This document shows positions 1 to 10,402 of a stretch of 64,000 nucleotides of DNA, one piece after another. This DNA is from Nanobdellota archaeon (GTDB lineage: Archaea > Nanobdellota > Nanobdellia > Parvarchaeales > Parvarchaeaceae). Within the stretch, counting starts at the first letter, position 1, and every line of letters begins with the position of its first letter. A program made the translations under genes and the position numbers. Where the stretch lies: the NCBI GenBank assembly GCA_021800365.1, contig JAJYZA010000003.1, positions 6,182-70,181 on the forward strand, written 5' to 3'. Under the pieces are notes generated by a model. The model was not told the origin of the DNA. It searched no databases and saw nothing but the letters and a program-made list of their open reading frames with translations.

Positions 1-1
1 G

Positions 2-1039
2 GTCGCCATTGTCGCCGTCTTGGTGTCTTACGCTTTAGGCATATTGTCGGTATCCCCCACACAGATTCAGAATTCTTCAGCAATTTATTTTAATGGGCCG
101 ATAGGAGAATCGCTCGGCAGCGGCTTTATTACAGCATTGTCAAATTTATCGACGCAGCTACAATCTGTAGGTCAGGCACAATTAAGCGGTAAATTAGAGT
201 GTTTTAGTCCGCAGTCTGCTTCTAGCCAAGGTCCGCAGCCAGGATACTGCGTTTTGGTCCTCCCGGATCAGAATTATGCTATAATACCCATTAAAGTACC
301 TACTAATTACTCTGCACCATCATTGATACAAAACGGAAAACCAACATTTGTTTATATCGGAGCACAAGGGTGTCCCTACTGTGCACAGGAGAGATGGGCG
401 TTTACTATAGCATTAAGCAGGTTTGGTAACTTTAGCGAATTATTCTATGATAGATCTGCTACAAATGACGGCAATATAGCAACGTTTACGTACAATTTTT
501 CAATTGCACTATTTGATAGTTTCGTGGTAAATCGATCGATAGTGCGTAATGCGCCATATGGCGATTCAAACCCAACGCCATTTTTTGAGGGCGCGTATTA
601 TCACTCTGCATATATAAATTTCGAACCGTTTGATGAAATCGGAGGGTCGTTTTTTATAAATAGTTCCGGTCTGCCAGCTTTTATAGAAAACTCTGTAATG
701 TCACCTGCCTCTTCTGGCTTTGGAATAAAGAACTTTGTAATCGGAGGCGTGCCATTTTTTGACATAAATAACAAATACGTTTTTGCCGGAGCTACAGTAT
801 ACCCAATACTTTTTTCTAACAGTTATTCTGTGAGCACTGAGCCATCGCAATCTCAGATTCTTAATGCCATAGAAAATCCCGGATCTTCCTCGCCCTTATC
901 ACAATTTGGAGAATCTGTGCTCGGTGCAGCCAATATACTGACTGCACAGATATGTCAGGTTATAAATGGCACTGCCCCAGTATGTAAACTTAGCTATATA
1001 CAAAATCTCGAATCAAAACTAGACAATGCCACTTACTGA
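2..1039 (+). CDS. DUF929-family membrane-anchored thioredoxin-like protein, 5'-partial (frame open to window start)
   Basis: GKPTFVYIGAQGCPYCAQERW..IALSRFG motif; frame reads VAIVAVLVSY from nt 2, so the start lies upstream of the window. Confidence 0.75.
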   Translation, partial: VAIVAVLVSYALGILSVSPTQIQNSSAIYFNGPIGESLGSGFITALSNLSTQLQSVGQAQLSGKLECFSPQSASSQGPQPGYCVLVLPDQNYAIIPIKVPTNYSAPSLIQNGKPTFVYIGAQGCPYCAQERWAFTIALSRFGNFSELFYDRSATNDGNIATFTYNFSIALFDSFVVNRSIVRNAPYGDSNPTPFFEGAYYHSAYINFEPFDEIGGSFFINSSGLPAFIENSVMSPASSGFGIKNFVIGGVPFFDINNKYVFAGATVYPILFSNSYSVSTEPSQSQILNAIENPGSSSPLSQFGESVLGAANILTAQICQVINGTAPVCKLSYIQNLESKLDNATY

Positions 1040-1098
1040 TTTTAAACTAAAATCTAAATTATACACCGTATTTAAACTTTAAACAATAAATACATAGT

Positions 1099-1878
1099 AT
1101 GGAAAGTAGCTTTGTAAATATCTATAAACAGGTACTAGATGCATCATATGATGTTTATGGCGATATAAATAGAATAAACGCAGCGATTTTAAGAGCAACA
1201 ATGGCACTGGGATTAAAGTCAATTCCAATACCCACGCTGGCCGGTCAGTCACAAAAGCAGCCCCCCGCCGAAGAAACAACGAAAGTTTCGTTGCCTACTT
1301 CTCCTAAACTAGTTTATGAAAATGTTCCTATCGCGTCAAGTGAAAAAAATAAGGGAAAAAACGAAAAGGTAGAACACGTTCCCATCAGTGCCGCTATAGA
1401 GGTCCCTATTGAGATGCAAGCACGGCACTCTCTCGAGCAGCAATCGAAGCCAAAGACTATTACGCCGACATTAAAACCCATAGGGAAGACACCAGCAGCG
1501 GAGATAGATGTTGCGGTACCGACATCGAAGTTTAGCGCGAATCCAACAGAAAAGCAGACTTCTGCTCAGCAGGAAGTCGAGATTAAAAAATTAGAACAAG
1601 ATAAGTTATCAACAGAAACTGTAATGCCGTCGAATATCTCAGAAATTCAGGCCGTACAGATAGCCCCGGCCGAAATATCTGATAATAATCTCTCGGATAA
1701 CCCCATATCAAATCTGCTAAAATTAGTAAAATCAAAAGGTTCTCTCACTATTTCAGATGCAGCCGCCATTTTAGGTGTAAAGAGGAGCTTGGTAGAGCAA
1801 TGGGCTAAGATATTAAATAAAAATTCACTTATTAGACTAAAGTATCAATTAGTTGGAGATACGATAATCGAGGTTTAA
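1099..1878 (+). CDS. Hypothetical protein: low-complexity linker plus C-terminal winged-HTH-like domain
   Basis: Long P/A/E/K/T/S-rich middle; C-terminal LTISDAAAILGVKRSLVEQWAKILNKNSLIRLKY resembles a wHTH. Confidence 0.6.
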   Translation: MESSFVNIYKQVLDASYDVYGDINRINAAILRATMALGLKSIPIPTLAGQSQKQPPAEETTKVSLPTSPKLVYENVPIASSEKNKGKNEKVEHVPISAAIEVPIEMQARHSLEQQSKPKTITPTLKPIGKTPAAEIDVAVPTSKFSANPTEKQTSAQQEVEIKKLEQDKLSTETVMPSNISEIQAVQIAPAEISDNNLSDNPISNLLKLVKSKGSLTISDAAAILGVKRSLVEQWAKILNKNSLIRLKYQLVGDTIIEV

Positions 1879-1879
1879 T

Positions 1880-2599
1880 ATGGCAGCAGGAAGTGGAAGA
1901 TTAAATAGACAAATAATAAGGATAAAAACCGGTATAGACGGTTTAGACGAAGCTCTCGGCGGCGGCGTGCCATCGGGAGACATAGTTCTTATTACAGGTA
2001 CACCAGGTTCCGGAAAAACTACATTAGCCGCCCAGGTTTTGGTGTATGGAGCTAGGAATGGTGAACTGGGATTATATTTTACTCTTGAAGAAAGCGCCGA
2101 GGATATAATACAACAGAGTGAAGTATTTTATCCGGATTTTAGGGATTTGATAAACAGTGGAAATCTAAAAATCGTTGAAGTCCCACTTACAGACTACGAA
2201 TCATTTAAGCAGACAATAATTTCGGAGATTGAAGCAACTGGTGCAAAAAGGATTACGATAGATTCGATTACTTACTTTCAAATGTTTTTTAGTGATACAA
2301 TGTCTATAAGAAAAGCAGTAATAGAAGTATCTACTATACTAAAACAGAAAAACTGCCTTGGGTTATTTATAGGCGAGATTGCCTATGGTGAAAACAAACT
2401 GTCCACGTTCGGCGTAGAGGAATTTGCTACGGATGGAGTTATAGAATTATCGATAAAAGAGAAAGGAGGATTATTTATAAGGGCAGTGAGGGTCGTTAAA
2501 ATGCGTAACACTAAACACCTCACAAAATTATGCCCAATGGATATAACAGACAAGGGCATAGTCGTTTATCCAAATGCAGAGCTATTCGCGGACACTTAG
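1880..2599 (+). CDS. Single-domain KaiC-like RecA-superfamily ATPase
   Basis: IKTGIDGLDEALGGG, Walker A GTPGSGKT, TLEES, IDSIT, ADGVIEL-like, VVKMR motifs. Confidence 0.9.
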   Translation: MAAGSGRLNRQIIRIKTGIDGLDEALGGGVPSGDIVLITGTPGSGKTTLAAQVLVYGARNGELGLYFTLEESAEDIIQQSEVFYPDFRDLINSGNLKIVEVPLTDYESFKQTIISEIEATGAKRITIDSITYFQMFFSDTMSIRKAVIEVSTILKQKNCLGLFIGEIAYGENKLSTFGVEEFATDGVIELSIKEKGGLFIRAVRVVKMRNTKHLTKLCPMDITDKGIVVYPNAELFADT

Positions 2600-2600
2600 T

Positions 2601-3548
2601 ATGGTTTTGTGGATAGAAAAATATAGACCTTCGTCTTTTGATGAGATAATTGGACAGAGGGATAGCGTAGAAAAGCTTAAGGCGATGCTGGAAAAAGGAG
2701 ACGTACAGCACATGATCCTTTCTGGGCCACCCGGAGTTGGAAAGACTACTTCGGCAGTTGCTTTAGCAAGAGTCGTTTTTGGTGAATCTTGGACACAAAA
2801 CTTCATGGAATTAAATGCATCTGATGATAGGAAATTATCAGTTATTCAGGGTAAAGTAAAGGAATTCGCGAGATCGAAACCGATTGATGCTCCGTTTAAG
2901 ATAATACTTTTTGATGAGGCAGATTCGCTTACCCAAGAAGCGCAGCAAGCCCTAAGGCGTATGATGGAAGAGTATAGTGGAACATGCAGATTCGTTTTTA
3001 GCGTAAACTATCAAAGTAATATTATAGAACCCCTTCAATCGAGATGTGTTATACTACGTTTTCAGCCACTATCGAAGGAGGACGTATACTCTTTTATAGA
3101 CGGAATAGCTAAGAAGGAGGGCTTATCGGTAAATTCAGAAGCAAAGGAATCGTTAGAATATGTATCAAAGGGAGACCTTAGGGCACTTACAAATATATTA
3201 CAATCTTTATCAAACGTTTCAAAGACTATAACTGCAGAAGCAGTATATGCGAATGCAGGCATATTAGATAGCGGAAAGATAAAACAAGGGCTAAAGGAAG
3301 CTTTAAGTGGAAATTATTTAAAAGCACGAGAATCTTTTGAGACGATTCTTGATGCCGGTGTAAACATGAAGGAAATGCTATCTGAGATATTTGAGATATT
3401 AATAACTTCAGACGATTTAATAGAAACCAAGACAAAATCTTACTTAATAGAAAAACTTGCAGAAACGGACTATCGCATAGTTGAAGGAGCGACCCCATAC
3501 ATTCAATTTCAGGCATTTATAGCCTTTTTGTCTAATCTAAAAAACTAA
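2601..3548 (+). CDS. rfcS: Replication factor C small subunit
   Basis: WIEKYRP, GPPGVGKT, ELNASDDR, FDEAD, SRC motifs; ATG at 2601 chosen over the upstream start. Confidence 0.97.
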   Translation: MVLWIEKYRPSSFDEIIGQRDSVEKLKAMLEKGDVQHMILSGPPGVGKTTSAVALARVVFGESWTQNFMELNASDDRKLSVIQGKVKEFARSKPIDAPFKIILFDEADSLTQEAQQALRRMMEEYSGTCRFVFSVNYQSNIIEPLQSRCVILRFQPLSKEDVYSFIDGIAKKEGLSVNSEAKESLEYVSKGDLRALTNILQSLSNVSKTITAEAVYANAGILDSGKIKQGLKEALSGNYLKARESFETILDAGVNMKEMLSEIFEILITSDDLIETKTKSYLIEKLAETDYRIVEGATPYIQFQAFIAFLSNLKN

Positions 3549-3549
3549 T

Positions 3550-4533
3550 ATGTTTAAAGAGCCTAGCGCAATGCTTAATTCTTTTCTAGAAAATTATCCC
3601 GGAAAAATAAAAGAGAGGTTTATCGATCTAGTAAAAACTGGAAAAAACAAATTTATTTTTGATGGGCCGTCTGGGTCTGGCAAAAGTTTCTTTGCATCGG
3701 CTTTCGCAAATACGTATGGAATGCGATTAGAGGTAATAAATCTTTATTTACTAGACAATATCGATGAGCAGGATCAAGCTGATCTTTTTCTCAGCATGAT
3801 TTCAAAAACGGCAACATCGACTTCTTTATTCGGTCCCGCAAAAAAAGTGCTTTTTATTGAGGACATAGATAAATTAATTTTAGTAAGTCCAACCGTTTTA
3901 AACAAGTTAGTAGATATTAATAATACGATAATTATATTTGAATCACGAGAGGGTTCGGTATTCCGCGCAAAAATTAAACCTTTCGTGCGTGATTATGAAA
4001 TAATACGATTTTATAGACTTAATGATAGAGTTGTAAGAGCCTTTTTATATAGGATTCTATCTTCTAATAAATTAACTCTCTCAGAAGAGATGATAAATAA
4101 AATAATAACAAATGCTCATGGCAATTTATCGAGCGCTTTAACAGATTTAAATCTGGCAATTATTGCCGGGAAAAATATGGATCTTCCGTCAAGAATCTAT
4201 GAAGACTCCATTTTTGAACAGCTAGATCACGTTTTTTTTGTAAAAGACGGAGCGGTCAATACAAAATTTTATTCCGATACCGAAGCAAAGAATTTTGAAA
4301 TCTGGGAAGCCGACAAAGCGCCGCTTGTTTTTAATGCACGTGACAATTATAGGGCTTTTGACCTGCTATCATTCGCAGACATTTTGTTGATGAAGATAAA
4401 AAAGCAGAATTGGGGGCTTTTGAAATATATACAAGCAATTCTTTTCAATGGGATAGGGGCATTAGCAGTAAAAAAATCTACAAGTATAACTTATTATGCC
4501 CCAGATTGGAATCTTTATTACCGTACTGATTAA
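3550..4533 (+). CDS. rfcL: Replication factor C large subunit, shortened and divergent
   Basis: GPSGSGKS Walker A, IEDID Walker-B-like, GNLSSALTDL; directly follows rfcS. Confidence 0.7.
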   Translation: MFKEPSAMLNSFLENYPGKIKERFIDLVKTGKNKFIFDGPSGSGKSFFASAFANTYGMRLEVINLYLLDNIDEQDQADLFLSMISKTATSTSLFGPAKKVLFIEDIDKLILVSPTVLNKLVDINNTIIIFESREGSVFRAKIKPFVRDYEIIRFYRLNDRVVRAFLYRILSSNKLTLSEEMINKIITNAHGNLSSALTDLNLAIIAGKNMDLPSRIYEDSIFEQLDHVFFVKDGAVNTKFYSDTEAKNFEIWEADKAPLVFNARDNYRAFDLLSFADILLMKIKKQNWGLLKYIQAILFNGIGALAVKKSTSITYYAPDWNLYYRTD

Positions 4534-4565
4534 ACACATATATCTTAGGATTATTTTATAGATTT

Positions 4566-5372
4566 TTAATGCATCTGCAAATAAATATCAAAACATTCAC
4601 GAATCAAATATGGAGCGACTTCGCCGGCTCTAATCGCATTTATTTTTCTTATGGTCACTTGCCTAGGTATTAAGGTTCTTATGTTTTTTATCGCAGCCTT
4701 TACGGCTAAATCATAACCTTCTACTACATTTAAAAATGAATATAAGTGAATAACGCAATTTTTATTTGCTGCCGTTAATGCCGCACCTAAAAAATCCTTG
4801 GCGGCAAGTGGAAAATTCATGACTATTCTATCAAATTTTTTATTAATAGTTTTTACTATTTTTTTAGAATCGCCGTTATAAATTTTAACATTGTTTATTT
4901 TATTTAACTGCAAGTTCCTTTTCATAAGGGCTATTGCATTACGGTTTATATCTATTGAATGTATCTCGTTTGCTTTTTTTGCAAGCAGTATAGAGTAAGG
5001 TCCTACACCGCAAAACATATCCAATATAGATTCACCATCTTTTTCAAGTTTTGATATTCTAAGTCGTTCTGAGCCCAAACGAGGCGTAAAAAATACTTTT
5101 TTTATATCGACGTAGAAAGAATAGCCGTTTTCTTTATGTAAGACCAAAGTGCCTTTTTTACCATAAATCCAAATTAGTTTAGCTATTCTTTCTTTGCCTT
5201 CTATTTTACTCGCCTTTTTGAAAACGCGGTCTATATGTTTGTTCTTTAGCACTATTCTTTTCGCCAGTAAAAGTTCGTCTTTCTTTTTCAAGTCGGGAGG
5301 TATCTTTATTATCGCGGCGCTGCCGACGATATCAAATCCACTATCCTTTGTTTCCATTTTTATTTCTTCCAT
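4566..5372 (-). CDS. trm5: Trm5/TYW2-family tRNA (guanine-37-N1) methyltransferase
   Basis: FDIVGSAAII, KVFFTPRLGSER, DMFCGVGPYSI, DRIVMNFP motifs. Confidence 0.85.
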   Translation of the reverse strand: MEEIKMETKDSGFDIVGSAAIIKIPPDLKKKDELLLAKRIVLKNKHIDRVFKKASKIEGKERIAKLIWIYGKKGTLVLHKENGYSFYVDIKKVFFTPRLGSERLRISKLEKDGESILDMFCGVGPYSILLAKKANEIHSIDINRNAIALMKRNLQLNKINNVKIYNGDSKKIVKTINKKFDRIVMNFPLAAKDFLGAALTAANKNCVIHLYSFLNVVEGYDLAVKAAIKNIRTLIPRQVTIRKINAIRAGEVAPYLIRECFDIYLQMH

Positions 5373-5541
5373 TTCGAGTTCGGATTTGTCTTATTTCAGT
5401 TATTTTATGTGGTTCTCTATAGCTAAATCTTCCAAGTGGGAGGAACAATAAAAATATGAATACTAGTGAATGTAACAAAAGAACTAAAGCTAATGCCGTA
5501 ATGATGTTAAATACGATCAGATAAAAAAATCCCTTCGTCAT
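5341..5541 (-). CDS. Putative small single-pass membrane protein (66 aa)
   Basis: ATG 1 nt after the leuS stop; hydrophobic N-terminal half and basic tail; overlaps the trm5 5' end. Confidence 0.4.
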   Translation of the reverse strand: MTKGFFYLIVFNIITALALVLLLHSLVFIFLLFLPLGRFSYREPHKITEIRQIRTRNGRNKNGNKG

Positions 5542-5542
5542 T

Positions 5543-8260
5543 TTAAGACTCTATTTTTATGGCCGGTCTCCCGGGCATCGCTTTTTCTTCTGTTGATTCT
5601 TTTTTGATTTCAATATTTGTCTTAAATGTTTTGCTTATCTGGTCTTTTAGCTCGGAGAATAATAAATATTCGGTTTCTTCGTCGAGTTCTCTGTCTGGTA
5701 TCTTACTCGGATTTTTTAATAGTCTGTCCAAAAGATTGTCGCTGCTTCTTAAAACGCGCCTTATCTCAATAGGGTTTTTTGTTTTTTTCGCTTCAGCCAC
5801 AATTTTATTATATAATTCAAACTTCTGTTTTTTTGCGAGGCTTAGAGTTATTTTAAGGGGGGGCGTCTTTATTAATTTTATAAGCGTTTTTATATCCTCT
5901 AATATATTGGTAAATACTTTAAGTTCATTTTCTAGAATCTCATTTTTATTTTCAGTTTTAGTAACAGGGAAATCAGAACTTTCAAGCAGCTCTTTATTCT
6001 GCATAAGCCCATTAAGCTCCTCTGTTATGTGCGGGAAAAAAGGGTGGTTGAGTTTTAAGAAGGTGTTTATGCAAATTGTAAGTACCTCACTATTGGCCCC
6101 GCCAAGATCCAAGTATAGCTTTATTTCATTAGTTAACTCGAATAAAGAAGCGGACACTGCACTCTCATAACGAAAGTTTTCTATGCTCTCTGTGCTTTTT
6201 GATACAAAATCGTTAATCTTGGAAAGCAGATATGCATCTAGCAAAGCAGATTTTTTATGTAAATCTGGAACGCGTTTTATAATCTGCTCTATGAAGCTTA
6301 TCCTTTGATTGAAACCGTTTATCGATTCAGGGTCCCACTCTACGTCGTCCATGCCATTTCCTGCAGCTGCTATGAACCTAAGTTGATCTGCGCTATACTT
6401 TTCTAAGCCTTTTTTAATTGTAAGAGTCGCGCCTTTTGATTTAGATAACTTTTCGCCACTAACCGTTAGCCAGCCATTTATCCCTATTGCCTTTGGCCAA
6501 TGCTCTTCTCCGAAGATTGCTGCATGGTTAAATAAGAAAAATATGAAGTGATTCTGTAAAAGTTCCTTTGCGCTTACTCTCATATCTAATGGATACCAAT
6601 ATAGGAATTCCTTTCTTAATCCTTCTAGCTTCCTGTTTTCTTGACCTTCTTTTCCTAAAAAGATATAATCCAAAGCACTGTCAGTGAGCTCCGAGGGTTT
6701 TAGTGAAGAAATCGTGTTTGCGATGGTATAATATGCCATATATATTGTTGAATCGCTGAGCGGTTCTATAACCCAGTCTTTATCCCATGGAAGAGCGGTA
6801 CCTAGGCCACCATGTCTTGCTGCAGCCTTATCCTCAAGCCATTCGATTGTGTTGAGGAGCTGTAAACTGACTTCCTCGGGATACGTTTTTATATTTTTTA
6901 CCAAGCGCCGTGTTTTTGCTTTCCATTCTTTATCCGAATAGCGTATAAACCACTGTTTATCAAGTACTTTTACTATCCCTCGAGTCCCGCACCTACACAC
7001 GACTTTTCCTGTTAATTCATACATCTCTGCATATGCATTCTTCTCCTCAAGGAATTTTGATACCGCTTCGTCTACCGCTTTTACTGCCATACCAGCAAGA
7101 GGGCCGGCATTTTTGTTCATAATACCATAGTCAAATTCCTTTTTGTATACATATTTTGTAGCAGCTTTAAGACCGTCTTTTGTCTTGCCGTATTTGTTAA
7201 TCGCCTCTTTGATAAGGTTCTCATTTCCAACATCGATTATCTTCTTAGGAGTTAATCCCATATCTTTTCCGCTCGTTTCAATACCATAGAAATCAAAGGG
7301 AGCATGCATAGGTACGCTCATTACAACACCAGTCCCTATATCTGAATCTACAGAATCAAGCGCTAAAATCGGCAGATTGCTTCCATCTACAGGATTCTTT
7401 ACAGTTTTGCCTACAAAATCTTTTATTTCTATGTCCCGTGCGTAAACCGCGCCGCTAATCTGGTTCTCAAGCTTTTTTATAGAATCGCTCGAAACTACCC
7501 ACTGCTCGTTTCCAGGCATGGTAAGAACAACGTACTTTGCGCCCTCATTTACCCAAATATTAGTAACTCCAAAGACCGTTTCTGGTCTAAGTGTCGCAGC
7601 CGGGAATATAAGTTCTCCGCACCCAAATTTTATTATAGTAAACTTTTGAGGCGATTCGCCTTCTCCTTCTGTTCGGTCATGGTCTCCGAGTGGCGTATTC
7701 TCTTTTGTGCACCATACTACGGGATGTCTCCCTTCAGAGATCAAGCCTTTTTTGCGGAGAGTATTAAACTGCCATTCAATAAATCTGGAATAGTATTCGT
7801 TTAGGTATGAAGTTATGAACGTGCGCGTCCAATCGATGGACATTCCAATTGCCTTGAAATCGGATTTGAAGCTTTCCGTGAAATATTCCGCAAGTAAACG
7901 CGGGTCTTTGGCAAATAACTTTAAGTCAGCATCACTTACACCCTGCTGTTTAAAGGCCCATAATGTCTTTTCATCTTTTTGTTCTATTTTTTTAGATATG
8001 CCTATTATCGGTCCACCGGTAAAATGGAATCCCTGTGGGAATAATACGTTATATCCTTTCATCCGCATAAAACGGGCGTAGATATCCGCACGTGTCCAAG
8101 TATACATGTGACCAAGATGCATCGATCCACTGGGATATGGGATAGGAACTGTTATGAAGAATTTTTTCTTGGATTCATCTATCTTAGGTTCGAATAACTT
8201 TCTTTTTGACCACTCCATCTGCCACTTTTTATCAATTTCCTTTGAAGTAACATCTATCAT
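5543..8260 (-). CDS. leuS: Leucine--tRNA ligase, archaeal type
   Basis: PYPSGSMHLGH, ATLRPETVFG, CP1 GTGVVMSVP, EPLSDSTIYMAYY, KLSKS. Confidence 0.97.
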   Translation of the reverse strand: MIDVTSKEIDKKWQMEWSKRKLFEPKIDESKKKFFITVPIPYPSGSMHLGHMYTWTRADIYARFMRMKGYNVLFPQGFHFTGGPIIGISKKIEQKDEKTLWAFKQQGVSDADLKLFAKDPRLLAEYFTESFKSDFKAIGMSIDWTRTFITSYLNEYYSRFIEWQFNTLRKKGLISEGRHPVVWCTKENTPLGDHDRTEGEGESPQKFTIIKFGCGELIFPAATLRPETVFGVTNIWVNEGAKYVVLTMPGNEQWVVSSDSIKKLENQISGAVYARDIEIKDFVGKTVKNPVDGSNLPILALDSVDSDIGTGVVMSVPMHAPFDFYGIETSGKDMGLTPKKIIDVGNENLIKEAINKYGKTKDGLKAATKYVYKKEFDYGIMNKNAGPLAGMAVKAVDEAVSKFLEEKNAYAEMYELTGKVVCRCGTRGIVKVLDKQWFIRYSDKEWKAKTRRLVKNIKTYPEEVSLQLLNTIEWLEDKAAARHGGLGTALPWDKDWVIEPLSDSTIYMAYYTIANTISSLKPSELTDSALDYIFLGKEGQENRKLEGLRKEFLYWYPLDMRVSAKELLQNHFIFFLFNHAAIFGEEHWPKAIGINGWLTVSGEKLSKSKGATLTIKKGLEKYSADQLRFIAAAGNGMDDVEWDPESINGFNQRISFIEQIIKRVPDLHKKSALLDAYLLSKINDFVSKSTESIENFRYESAVSASLFELTNEIKLYLDLGGANSEVLTICINTFLKLNHPFFPHITEELNGLMQNKELLESSDFPVTKTENKNEILENELKVFTNILEDIKTLIKLIKTPPLKITLSLAKKQKFELYNKIVAEAKKTKNPIEIRRVLRSSDNLLDRLLKNPSKIPDRELDEETEYLLFSELKDQISKTFKTNIEIKKESTEEKAMPGRPAIKIES

Positions 8261-8461
8261 TTATGAAATACTACTTTTATCAATAAAAATGTTTATTTAT
8301 GATTTTAAATTTAAACGACGTAGCGATAGCCGATAATCCCTTTGACCTAAATTATTTATGGCGATTTCACAATCAGTTCGTTAAATAATAATATCTGTAA
8401 GAGGTGAAGCTGTAAATGAGAGATAATTAAGGTTTTTATAGCTAAAAATAGAAAGGTTTTT

Positions 8462-9904
8462 ATGTGTGCAGAAAAACTCAAGGAGAAAAAAGGAAACAAC
8501 TTAATCGAGTGGTATAATGAGGTCCTTTTAAAATCAGAGGCGATGGACTTTTCAGACGTGAAGGGCTTTCCCGTATATAGACCATACGGTTACGCGATGT
8601 GGGAGATTTTAGAGAGCGAACTTGACAATAGGATAAAGAAGATAGGAGTTAAGAATGCATATTTCCCATTACTTATCCCTGAAAAGACTTTGATGAAAGA
8701 GAAAAAACATATAGCCGGATTTTCTCCGGAAGTGGCGTGGGTTACCCTCGGGGGGAAAACAGATTTAGATGAAAGGCTCGCGATTAGGCCAACATCAGAA
8801 ACAATAATGTATGAAAGCTATGCAAAATGGATAAAAAGCTATAGGGACCTGCCGCTTATGCTAAACCAGTGGAATACCGTTGTCAGGTGGGAAACTAAAG
8901 AAACCAGGCTTTTGCTCAGGGGAAAAGAAGTTATGTGGCAGGAGGGTCATTGCGCTTTTGCTACGGAAAAAGAGGCAGAAATCAATGCGCTCGCGGCTTT
9001 AAACATATACAAGGAGACAATGGAAAATCTTATGGCCGTCCCAGTCCTAGTTGGCAGGAAAAGCGAGAGTGAAAAATTCGCAGGTGCCACTAAGACATAC
9101 ACAGTGGAGAGCATACTGTCAAACAATTTTACGTCGCAGTCAGCAACCTCTCATGAATTAGGTCAGAATTTTTCCAAGGCTTTTGACGTTAAGTTTCTGG
9201 ATGAAAATAACGAATGGCGTTACGTATATCAGACTTCTTGGGGCATGGCGATGCGTGCACTGGGGGTAATGGTGTTAGTACACGGTGATGATAAAGGACT
9301 CGTTCTGCCGCCAAAAATCGCTCCAATACAGGTCGTAATAATCCCTATTTTAAACGGGAAGGAAAGTGACGCCAAGCTACTTGAATACACGAAAAGCATA
9401 GCCGAGAAACTGAAAGAGCAGTCAATCAGGTTTCTTTTGGACGATCGGAATACATACTCCGCCGGATGGAAATTCAACGAGTATGATCTTAAAGGAGTGC
9501 CAATAAAATTAGAGGTAGGCGAGAGGGAATTGGCTTCAAATACAATCTCTCTAAAAATAAGATTCAATGGAGAGAAGAAAGCCATTTCATTTTCTGACAC
9601 AAATAAACTAGGTGAGATATTAAACGGGATACAGCGTGAAATGCTGGAGGAAAAAAAGACAGAAAATGGCAAACGTATAAAGACCGCGAAAGCGAAAGAA
9701 GAGTTCATCAATGACTTAAAAACAGCAAAAGCGATAATGAAAGCAGCATGGTGTGGTAAAGAGGACTGTGAAGCAAGAATAAAAGAAATTACCGGCGCGG
9801 TATCAAGACTAATCCCTCTTGAAAAGGAAGAATTAATAGACAAAAAATGCATATTTTGTGGAGAGAAGGCGACTTTTAACGCCTACTTTGCTAAGTCTTA
9901 CTGA
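8462..9904 (+). CDS. proS: Proline--tRNA ligase, archaeal/eukaryotic type
   Basis: RPTSETIMY, QWNTVVRWE, KFAGA, TSHELGQNFSKAF, C-terminal Zn motif CIFCG...FAKSY. Confidence 0.97.
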   Translation: MCAEKLKEKKGNNLIEWYNEVLLKSEAMDFSDVKGFPVYRPYGYAMWEILESELDNRIKKIGVKNAYFPLLIPEKTLMKEKKHIAGFSPEVAWVTLGGKTDLDERLAIRPTSETIMYESYAKWIKSYRDLPLMLNQWNTVVRWETKETRLLLRGKEVMWQEGHCAFATEKEAEINALAALNIYKETMENLMAVPVLVGRKSESEKFAGATKTYTVESILSNNFTSQSATSHELGQNFSKAFDVKFLDENNEWRYVYQTSWGMAMRALGVMVLVHGDDKGLVLPPKIAPIQVVIIPILNGKESDAKLLEYTKSIAEKLKEQSIRFLLDDRNTYSAGWKFNEYDLKGVPIKLEVGERELASNTISLKIRFNGEKKAISFSDTNKLGEILNGIQREMLEEKKTENGKRIKTAKAKEEFINDLKTAKAIMKAAWCGKEDCEARIKEITGAVSRLIPLEKEELIDKKCIFCGEKATFNAYFAKSY

Positions 9905-10398
9905 TGGATGCTCCAGAATATTATAGCACGATAAAGGACAGTTACGAAGCGCTGTATAGACGAGAGCAGGAAGGGAAAATAGCCTATCTTGTTTCGATTA
10001 TTAAACCAAGAAGCAATCAGAAGATTTTGGATGTAGGAGCGGGTACTGGGATATTGGAGGAGAAACTTCCGAAACTAAAGATAGTCGCACTGGAACCGTC
10101 AGATTTGTCAAATATATTAAGCGATAAAAAACTTAAAAATGTCAGGCTAATCAGAGAGCGAATAGCAGATTTCAATTATGATACGAAATTCGATATTATT
10201 TTTTGTATAACTGTGTTGCAGGATATGAACGAAGAGGAACGAAGCAATGCGATGGAAAAGATGCTAAAGTTATGTAAGACCGACGGGAAGATAGTAATAT
10301 CTGTGCTAAATACGTCTAAGATAGACCTTTCAAAATGGGGCCCAAAATCATCCGGACATATAGAAAACGATGTTTTTTATATATTTGAGAAGAAGTAG
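9904..10398 (+). CDS. Class I SAM-dependent methyltransferase (small)
   Basis: ILDVGAGTG motif I, FDIIFCITVLQD; TGATG overlap with proS. Confidence 0.8.
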   Translation: MDAPEYYSTIKDSYEALYRREQEGKIAYLVSIIKPRSNQKILDVGAGTGILEEKLPKLKIVALEPSDLSNILSDKKLKNVRLIRERIADFNYDTKFDIIFCITVLQDMNEEERSNAMEKMLKLCKTDGKIVISVLNTSKIDLSKWGPKSSGHIENDVFYIFEKK

Positions 10399-10402
10399 TT
10401 AT

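Noticed and set aside
5559-6170. 203-aa plus-strand ORF (and similar antisense ORFs, e.g. 9229-9852, 20873-21241, 35733-36149, 39557-40009, 48721-49134)
   Set aside because: These are shadow frames antisense to well-supported genes, with S/F/L/I-rich composition and no motifs
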